The position numbers were made by a program, and so were the translations under genes. From a bacterium (GTDB lineage: Bacteria; Electryoneota; JAOADG01), in NCBI GenBank assembly GCA_963681965.1, contig OY820579.1, positions 2,112,001-2,176,000 of the forward strand: a stretch of DNA of 64,000 nt, read 5' to 3'. The notes below the pieces were generated by a model. The model was given only the letters and a program-made list of their open reading frames with translations, was not told the DNA's origin and did no database searches. Position 1 is the first letter of the stretch, and each line of letters starts with the position of its first letter. Below, piece after piece: positions 40,590 through 50,200 of this stretch.

Positions 40590-41300
40590 CAGAGTTACTT
40601 CCTTTTAAGGAATTCACAATTCATGCTAAATTAGAATTTGTTTACGTTACACAATATTGATGTTCAATAGAACAATTTTGTTGCACTCTTTTAAAGGTCC
40701 GTTTGCTAGCATTAACCAAGCACAATGATAAATGAATAACGCCCACACCATGAGCAGTGGGCGTCGATATAATCGGTTCGAAGAAATAATTGAACAGAAG
40801 AATGTTTGCTTTCGAGTTCATCGCTTCTCGCTCCAGTATTTTCTCAATCACAACTTTTTATAAGATAGAATGACCGTAGAACAATGTCAACAGGAAATCG
40901 AAAAATCTTAAAATACTTTCAGGAGTAACGATAAGGTAATATTAGATTGAATATAATACTATTATGTTTTTCATGTGGAGGTGTTGATTATTTCGAATTT
41001 TGTGATGACTTATTTTAGTGGTATAAATATTATCGCACATAAAATCATGTACACCAACTTCAGTTGTGGTCTCAGTAGAAACAGTTCCTGCGACTCCAAA
41101 TCAGGGGATTGATCTTAATCGATTGCATGATAAATTAGTTTCACCGTATCCAAGTTTTATCGATCACTGTACCCGCTACCTTATGAAACGCTTTTATCAA
41201 CGACGGTGATTAGCCAGCCGATATTCCGATGATTCACCCGGTGCGTTTGTAGGGACTGTATTTATCGTCCTAACGAGGCCACCCCAGTCAGAAATTCAAT

Positions 41301-41338
41301 GCCCGTATCGCAATCGCGATGCGGGCGTTTTCTGTTTT
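41301..41338 (+). terminator. Intrinsic terminator
   Basis: GCCCGTATCGC-aatc-GCGATGCGGGC followed by GTTTTCTGTTTT. Confidence 0.7.
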
Positions 41339-41508
41339 AGCTAATCCAACGAAAGGAAAGAAATGAAACCAGTATTAACATCCGCTCAGCTAGCAGCAAG
41401 AAAGCGATTGCTTCAGATGTTCACCACATCGCGCGGACACAATCTGGTCGATATCGATACATTTGTGGTGGATATGGTCTGCCCCCATTTTATGTACCAG
41501 TGTCTATG

Positions 41509-42321
41509 TCACACTGGTCTCATTTCTGCGTAGCGTAGCGGAGCAGGAATGAGAAGCAACGCAGTTTCCGGGGCCGGCGGCAGATAGCCCAAGGAACTGT
41601 GCGGTCGGATCGTATTGTAATGGTGCCGCCATTGTTCGATAATCACCTTCGCTTCCGGCAAACTATCAAAGATTTCACCCTTCAGCAACAGTTTCAACCG
41701 ACAGTTAAAACTTTCGATGTAACCATTTTCCCATGGACTGCCGGGAGTAATGAACAAGGGCTTTACATCAACCCGGGGCAGCCACGCCAGTACCTCATTC
41801 GCCGTAAACTGCGGTCCATTGTCGCTGCGAACATGAACCGGTGTACCTCGTAATACAAACAGTTCTTCCAGCACGCAAAGAACGTCATCCGCCTTGATCT
41901 TCCGGGCAACCAGGATCGCCAGGCATTCCCGGGTGTATTCATCCATGATCGCAAAGATCTTGAACGAACGTCCATTCGACGTATGCCACGTGACAAAGTC
42001 GAAGCTCCAGACATGATCCGGATGTTCTGGACGAAGTCTGATGCAGGAACCATCATTCAGCCAGAGCCTGCGACGCTTCTTCTGCTTCTTCGGAACCTTC
42101 AGCCCCGCCTGACGCCAGATCCGTTCCACCCGTTTGTGGTTCACCCGCCAACCAATGTTACGGATCATCGCCGTTACAATCCGATATCCATACCCGCCAT
42201 ACTGGCAAGCTAGAAACACCACCAGCGAGACCAACTGACCTTCATCGGATCGACGGATCGGGGCGTACCGGTGACTCGTCCGCGGTTCGCAAAGAACCGT
42301 GCAGACCCGACGTTCCGACAC
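41509..42321 (-). CDS. IS3 transposase OrfB
   Basis: VWSFDF, RSDNG, PGSPWENGYIESFN. Confidence 0.9.
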   Translation of the reverse strand: MSERRVCTVLCEPRTSHRYAPIRRSDEGQLVSLVVFLACQYGGYGYRIVTAMIRNIGWRVNHKRVERIWRQAGLKVPKKQKKRRRLWLNDGSCIRLRPEHPDHVWSFDFVTWHTSNGRSFKIFAIMDEYTRECLAILVARKIKADDVLCVLEELFVLRGTPVHVRSDNGPQFTANEVLAWLPRVDVKPLFITPGSPWENGYIESFNCRLKLLLKGEIFDSLPEAKVIIEQWRHHYNTIRPHSSLGYLPPAPETALLLIPAPLRYAEMRPV

Positions 42322-42383
42322 CCGTTCAACGCCCAGCGAATGGCGAACGGTAAGCGCAGTCTCGCGACGCTTCGCTGAGCTGA

Positions 42384-42659
42384 CTATTTTCCCTTGAGAG
42401 CCTCCTGCAGGATCTCTTTGTCAAGCGTAAGGTCCGAAACAACCTTTCGAAGACGACCATTCTCGCGTTCCAGCTCCTTCAAGCGCTTCGCCTGATCCAG
42501 CTACAAACCACCGTATTCCTTGCGCCAGTGGTAGTAGGTGTGTTCCTGAATGCCCAACTTCCGGCACACTTCCCGGACACTCATCCCCTTACCAATCTCA
42601 ACTTCCGCTTCACGAAGCATCGGGATAATCTGCTCCGCAGTCCGCTTCACTCCACGCAT
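42384..42659 (-). pseudogene. IS3 OrfA with premature stop
   Basis: MRGVKRTAEQII...WRKEYGGL*LDQAKRLKELE; TAG at 42501-42503. Confidence 0.85.
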
Positions 42660-42960
42660 GATAACCTCCCATTAAAGGTACAACTCTGACATAGAGAGTG
42701 GTACAACTTTCGGGGGCTAGATCAAACTGTTATTTCGAATTCGCAGATGGGGTGATCTCTCATCACATTATTTTCATCGTATTATCTGTCATAATCCATC
42801 ACACCCGTAATAACTCATCACACGTGATCTATCGTCACACGGAATCGACTTGACTTCGAATCGAAAATTGTCGAGATTGATACTAACGGTTAAACGTTCA
42901 AAATCACTGATAACCGTTAGCAGTCGCGCTTTGTAACACTCTGTAAATACGTAGATTAAA

Positions 42961-43019
42961 ATCAGAGCATCTGACTACGGATCAGAAGGTTGGGGGTTCG
43001 AATCCCTCAAGGCGCGCGA
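42961..43019 (+). repeat. att direct repeat (3' part of tRNA-Arg)
   Basis: Identical to 22059-22117. Confidence 0.95.
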
Positions 43020-43160
43020 ATTTGGTGCTTGGTACTTAGTACTTGGTTAAAGAAGGGGCGGAAGCCCTATTTTTGTTTTAGTGGCATTGAAAATATTGAT
43101 GCTCACATCTGACTTAGGATAAGAGAGAAGGTTGGGGTAAGAATAATCCCTCAAGACGTA

Positions 43161-43440
43161 CGACTTCCAGCGAGGTGCTAACTAAAGTGCTAACGCTGGA
43201 GCTAACGGTTATTGGATCACTCAAAGGAGTTTCCAATGGCTGTTTCCCTCTTCCTCCGCAAATCCGGCATTTAGTATATGAAGATCTCCAACCTCGGTAA
43301 AATCACTTGGAAAAGCACTGGCACGAAAGACCGCAAAGCCGCGCGAGCGTGTTTGTTGCAATATTCTCGACAACACGTAACCACAATATCTTCTGTGTCA
43401 AAAAACAGCAACCGATCAGCACTGACATTGTCAGAATTTA
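43161..43440 (+). pseudogene. Truncated duplicate of integrase 1 5' region
   Basis: 280-bp near-copy of 22115-22394 with a TGG>TAG stop. Confidence 0.88.
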
Positions 43441-44186
43441 AGAAATGCAGTGAATGTGGTGGGGCATTTGATCCAATCGAATTCTCGGAACGGAAATCGA
43501 TTGGTTGCGTGAGATATTAGATGTTGTGAGAAAGCGGAAACACACTATTCCTTGGTCTTCACCTTCCCTTCCAGACAAGTGCCTTTGATATTGGCGCAGA
43601 GGATGGTTGAAGTGTCGAATTTTTCACCCTCCCGATTGGCATTCCGAAGATCTACACTCAGAAGCTTTACTCATCACAATAGTCCGCTCATAAACTGGGC
43701 ATTTTTTTCTCTTCAGACCCTCGAAGATTCCGGTCTTCGGGGGTTTGCTCGGTTCTCTTACGCCAGGCAGGTTAACGCCAACAATTTTGATTTGAGTAAA
43801 GATTTGACTGGACTCGCTGTTTCGGAGCGGTTACATTATTTTGCTGGGAGAACCGTTGGGGTTGCGCTTCTTAGTACGAGTTTTTCGTTGGGACTCGCTG
43901 ATTCGCTGTTGAACAGAGTTCGGCGGGTTAATAGGAAGTAAGAGAATAGAGAAGATTCACCTTGCCTTCTTGTCTTGTCTGTATGGTTAGGAGCTTTGAA
44001 AAACATCAGTCTAGTTGGATAGATATCACATAAAGAAACTTAAGTCGTTGTACACTTTCCTCTTTTTCCGGTATGAAAAGTAAGAGGAATCACTTTTAGG
44101 ACTCTACCGAGTTCGGTAATTTTCTTATTTTCCGTTACTCGGATGCATTCCTTTGAACATCCTTTTTCGCAACAAGATTTTATCGC

Positions 44187-44218
44187 AAAACACCCCGCTG
44201 ACTGAAATCAACGGGGTG
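44187..44218 (-). terminator. Intrinsic terminator of the giant gene
   Basis: CACCCCG.TGA stem with a T-tract on the minus strand. Confidence 0.7.
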
Positions 44219-44252
44219 CGTTATTTATGAATTCATCACTTCGTAATCTCGC

Positions 44253-47200
44253 TCACCGCGCGGTTGCCTCATCGCTCACAAACGTCACCTTGTAGAAGTA
44301 TCGACCCGATACCGGTGAATCGATATAGGATCCCGGCGCACTGGGAACCGTTGTTAACAGCGTCGCTGGAAATGGTGTAAAGTAGGGCGAATCCGCGCTC
44401 CGGTAGATGCTGACTCGGGGGAATGTCGTGGCATTCCACGTTAGCTCCACCGAACCAATCGAATATGCGATCGAAACTACCGGTTTGGAAGCATCGACTG
44501 TGAAGCTCCAGACGGTGCTGTTGACACTTGCTGCGGGTGTGTGCGAAACAACATACCAGTAATAGGTACCATTGCTTAATGGGTTCGTCAACGGTAGTGA
44601 GGATGTCGTCAGATTCGCGTTCAAGCACGTTTCCGGCGGATTGCTCGTTCCGAAATACACGTCATACAGTGGATGACTGGCGTCCCCTACCCACGACAGT
44701 GTTGGTATTGAATTGAGAATCGTTTGACTATTCTGCGGTACCGGTGCCGTGGCCGCCGTTAGTGCACTTATTGTCACTTCCGGACCGACGAGAGTATCCG
44801 ATGCAATCACTAGTCCACCCGATCCATACACGACAAAACTCGTGTTGTGATCGCCTACCGATGCAATCGAGGCCGTTGCGGAAAAATGCAATGTACCGGG
44901 AATAGCGCCACTCACCGAATAGATCGGACACAATCGCGCATGATCCAACAAGATGATTGCGGAATCAACGGTAGTTACCGAAGAAGTGAAATCGAATTCG
45001 AAAGTGAAATTCGATCCCGCCGGTGCTGATGACGGGCTGACGGTGCCATTCGCGATCGACCCCGCCGATATCGTTCCAGTGATCAGGATCGTATCCACCG
45101 GATTGGACGCATTTGTGTGAATGATCACCGTTCCGGTAAAATCGCCAGCGTGGTTGGGTGTCCAGACGATTGGTAGTGCAATCGAGTCGCCCACGGGAAC
45201 CGATGGATAGGGCATTGTCCATGTGGTGGACAAACTGGTACTCATCGTGAGGTCGGAAATCTCCAGTGTCGAATAACCGTTGTTCCGAACGATGACATTG
45301 GCGGTGTCGGAGAGATTTGTGCCGATATCGCCGAAGTTCAGGGTTGTCGGCGAAATCACACTCTGTGCCGGAGCACCGACCTGCGAGACTTTTATCCAAG
45401 CAGGACTGCCGACAGCTAGATAACAGAATATCTGGAAACTGTCGCAACGAGCAAGTCCGGTGTTGGCAGTAGCTGTAACTGTGACCGATCCCGACTCATT
45501 TCCGTAAAGTGGGTTCACTGTGATCCAACTTGGTAAGTAAAGGGCATTCCAGGAAGCTGGAGCGCGAGGCCCGGAAATAGTGATATTCGCAACTTGCGAT
45601 CCGCCAGCATTGCTGAATTGCGTCATTGTAGTAGGGGAAACATTCAGTGCAAGACCACCGTTTTGCTTGACTACTACCCATAGTGGACTTCCGATTGTGG
45701 CGCTATCGCAGAACACCTGAAAACTATCGACACGCGCAACACCACCATTCGGCATCGAAGTGATTCGCAATGTTTGAGTGCCGATACCGGATGTAGGTGT
45801 GATCGTCACCCATGATGGGAGTACCCCTAATCTCCATTCAACGGCAGGATTTCTTCCACTAATTATAATCGAAAAATCCCGTGACATACCCATAAAGACA
45901 TTATTCATCGATTTCGGTGAAGCGGAAAGCGAGATCGGTCCACCCTCCTGTGACACGTGAATCCACGCCGGACTTCCAGTCGCTCCACTGGACGCCACCT
46001 GGAAACTGTCGCTCCGCGCTAAGCCCGTATTGGCGGCAGCAGTGACGGTTAGCATACTGGAACCGGCAAACGTGGTCGGGTTCAGGGTAATCCAGCTCGG
46101 AACGTTACTCGTCGTCCAAGTCGCCGATGGAGTGCCACCACCAATCGTGACATTCACATTCTGTGAACCGCCGGAATAAGCAAATTGCTCTAACGTGGTC
46201 GGTGAGACAGCGAAGGTGGTGGGGATCGGTGCTTGACTGACTTTTACCCAAACCGGACTGCCCGTTGCACCACTGCAGATTACTTGGAAGCTGTCAGCGC
46301 GTGCGAACCCCCGGTTGGTATCGGCGGTAACGGTAATCATACTGGAGCCAGCGAAAGATGGGGAGGACACTGTGATCCAACTCGGGACATTGCTAGTTAT
46401 CCAAGTCGCTAATGGATTGCCACCTCCCACCGACACAGTCACCTCTTGCGATCCACCTACGATGGGATATTGTGAAAGTGTTGTGGGAGTTACTGCGAAA
46501 GTGGTTGCACCTTCGGCTTGACTCACAAGAATCCAAACCGGACTACCCGTCGCACCAGTGCAGGATACTTGGAAGCTATCGGCCCGCGCTATGCCAAGAT
46601 TGGCAGCAGCGGTTACAATGATGTTGTAGGATCCGGTCGACGTAGTCAGATTCAAACTTATCCAACTGGGTACATTGCTGGTTGTCCATTCAGCAAGTGG
46701 ATTGCCACCTCCAATGTTCACCGTCAAAATTAACGATCCGCCGGAATTGCCGAATTGTGGCATTATCGCAGGTTCAACTGCAAGTATTGTAGCACCCTGA
46801 TGCTGATCGACTTTCACCCAAACCGGACTACCGGTTGCACCGTCACAAGCAATCTGGAAACTATCCGCACGCGCGATACCGCTGTTTTCAGCAGCAGTAA
46901 CGGAAATATTGCTTGAACCGGAAAAGCTCGTCGGATCCAATGTAATCCAGCTCGGAACATAACTGGATGTCCAAGTTGCCGTTGGATCTCCACCACCTAC
47001 CGACACTGTAATATCTTGTGAACCACCGGCACAAGTGAATTGTGCTAATGTGGTCGGGGAAACTGAGAAAGTGGTAGCGCCAGCGGCTTGAGTAACTCTC
47101 ACCCATATCGGACTGCTGGATAGATCATTGCAAATCATCTGGAAACTATCGGCACGGGCTACTGACAGATTGACCGCTGCGGTAACGGTTACATCACTGG

Positions 47201-50200
47201 AACCCACAAAAGTATCGGGGGTCAAGGTAATCCAGTCCGGAACATTATTCGATGTCCACATCGCCGATGGATTGCCACCGCCCACGGACACAGCAAGATT
47301 TTGCGAACCGCCAGCATTGGAGTACTGCACCAAGGTGGTAGGAGTAACCGCGAAGGTAGTAGCGCCTGCGGCTTGACTCACCTTGACCCAAACGGGACTT
47401 CCGGTGGCACCACTGGAGGCGACTTGGAAGCTATCGGCTCGAGCTATGCCTGAGTTGGCAGCAGCAGTTATCGATATTGTTCTGGATCCGTCAAAAGTCG
47501 TGGGTGTAAGTGTGATCCAACCGGGAAGATTACTGGTTGTCCACGTTGTCGACGGAATGCCGCCACCGATCGTGACCGTGACATTCTGCGAACCACCCTC
47601 ATTGGTAAATTGTGACACCGTTGTTGGAGTAACGGAGAGTGTGGCGGGGATCGGTGCTTGACTCACTTTGATCCACACCGGACTACCAGTCGCCCCACTG
47701 GAAGCCACTTGGAAGCTATCGGCTCGAGCTATTCCTGTGTTGGCCATAGCGGTAACAGATATACTGCTGGAACCCGCAAGCGTCGACGGGTTGAGGGTTA
47801 TCCAGCTTGGCACATTACTGGTCGTCCAAGTTGCAGATGGATTGCCACCACCGATCGAGACGGTGACATTCTGCGTTCCACCAGCAGTTGCAAATTGCGA
47901 GAGCGTGGTTGGCGATACCGAGAGTATCGCTGGACCGGCAGCTTGGCTCACCTTGATCCAAGTTGGACTCCCGGTTGCACCACTGGAGGCAACCTGAAAA
48001 CTATCGGATCGCGCTAACCCGGTATTGGCAGCAGCCGAAACCGTAAAGCTTCTGGAACCGGAAAACGTTGTTGGGTTTAATGTGATCCAACTCGGAACAT
48101 TGCTGGTAGTACAATTCGCATTAGGATTACCGCCACCCAAGGTCACCGCTACATCCTGCGAACCACCCGTATTGCTGAATTGAGACAATGTAGTGGGAGC
48201 CGCCGCGAAGGTGGTGAGACCGGGGTCTTGACTGACTTTAACCCATTTTGGACTGTTAGTGGCGTTACTACAGGTAATCAGGAAACTATCGAGATTTGCT
48301 ACGGAAAGATTGGCTCCAACAGTAACTGAAACGCTACCGGAACCATTAAAAGTGGTGGGGGTAACGTTGATCCACGCTGGAATATTCGTCACACTCCAAC
48401 TCGAAGTAGGACGACCACCGGTGACCGAAACCGCTAGCGTATGTGAACCGCCATCTCGAGTAAATTGCGGTAGCGTGGCAGGAGTGACCGACAGATTGGT
48501 TGGACCTTCCTCTTGAGAGAGTATAACCCAAACCGGATTATTGATCGCATATCTTGAAACTACTAGAAGACTATCGGTACGAGCAGGACCGGTATTAATC
48601 GTAGCTTCCAATCGATAACTATAATTCGGTCTGAGATAATCCTGTTGCATCACTCTAATCCAACTCGGTAAATGCGAGATAGAAGCGGTTGGATTGGGAT
48701 TCTCGGTATCCAGATAAACGTTAAGCCACCGACTGCTTTGCAAATACGGAAAAGTTGATAAGGATCCCGATGTTAATATTGTGGTTCTATAACAACGTTG
48801 CGAGATTTTTACCCACAGTGGACTTCCGACCGCACCATTGCAAACGAGTTGGAGGCTGTCGGTGCGAGTAGAATCCGTATTTTCGTTGACTGTGATTCTA
48901 ATCTGCTGGGGATTAGAGCCCGCAATTCCTTCATAACTTACCCAAGACGGATATGAAGCGATATATGAGGGTAACCAGGGATAAGCCCCAGTTACATTAA
49001 TTGTAAAGATTTGAGAATTTTGAGTCGGTCCAAACTCTGGCATCGGATTCGGCGATACCGAAATAAAGGTTGCAGTCTGTTGCGACACTTTTACCCAGAA
49101 GGGGCTACCATACGCTCCCGTACAGGCTACTTGAAAACTATCGGAGCGAGTAATTCCAGTATTGGTTGGGGTTGTAACGGTGATTGAGCTGGACCCGGAA
49201 AATGTCATTGGACTGACAGTAATCCAACTCGGAACACTACCGATTGTCCAAGTTGCCGACGGATTAATGCCTCCAATCGATACATTCGCAGTTTGCGAAC
49301 CACCAGAGTTGGCGAACTGTGCAATCGTACTTGGAGATACTGCAAGCGTAATTGTTCCAATGGACTGTGAGATTTTAATCCAAGCAGGACTGCCGGTCGC
49401 ACCACTACAAGTCACCAGAAAACTATCCGTCCGTGCGAGTCCGGTATTGGTAGCGGCAGTAACCGCGACGGTTCGAGTACCTGCATACGTGGTTGGATTC
49501 AACGTAATCCAACTGGGGACACTACTAGTGGTCCAGGTAGCAGACGGATTTCCGCCACCGATCGAGACCGTCAGATTTTGCGAACCACCGGCATTGGTAT
49601 ACTGCGCAATCGTTGTCGGCGATACCGCGAACGTGGTTACGCCAGCTGCTTGACTCACTTTGATCCAGGCGGGACTGCCAGTCGCCCCGGTGCAAGCTAC
49701 TTGAAAACTATCCACTCGCGCGGGTCCGGTGTTGGCAGAAGCAGTAACCGCGACCGTTCGAGTACCGGCATACGTGGTTGGGTTCAATGAAATCCAACTG
49801 GGAATATTGCTGGTAGTCCATGTCGCAGATGGATTTCCACCACCGATCGTTATCGTAACATTTTGTGCACTGCCAGCATTACTGTATTGTGGTACTGTTG
49901 TGGGCGATACACTGAGTGTGATTGGACCGGCGGCTTGGTTGACTTTTACCCATGCCGGGTTTCCAATTGCGCCTGCGCAGATTACCTGAAAGCTGTCCGA
50001 ACGGGCAACTCCGGTGTTTGCGGATGCCGTGACCGCGACGATTCGAGTACCGGCAAACGTGGTGGGATTTAGCGAAATCCAACTGGGAATACTACTGGTG
50101 GTCCAGGTCGCGGAAGGATTTCCGCCACCGACCGTTACCGTTTCATATTGTGTACTGCCGGCATTACTGAATTGTGACATAGTTGACGGCGACGCCATAA

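Larger units (their letters stand above)
41475..42724 (-). mobile_element. IS3-family (IS407-like) element, probably inactive
   Basis: IRs TGGTCTGCCCCC..TGTACCA / TGATCTAGCCCCC..TGTACCA; no target duplication visible. Confidence 0.88.
22059..43019. mobile_element. ~21 kb integrative island at tRNA-Arg
   Basis: Identical 59-bp direct repeats of the tRNA 3' part at both ends; integrase adjacent; primase-helicase and XRE inside. Confidence 0.9.

Noticed and set aside
42961-43019. Second tRNA-Arg gene
   Set aside because: Lacks the 5' acceptor strand and most of the D-arm; it is the att repeat
22059-43019. Prophage or ICE
   Set aside because: No structural, terminase, lysis, relaxase or T4SS genes recognised
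43552-43941. 129-aa ORF
   Set aside because: TTG start, no RBS, no recognisable motif
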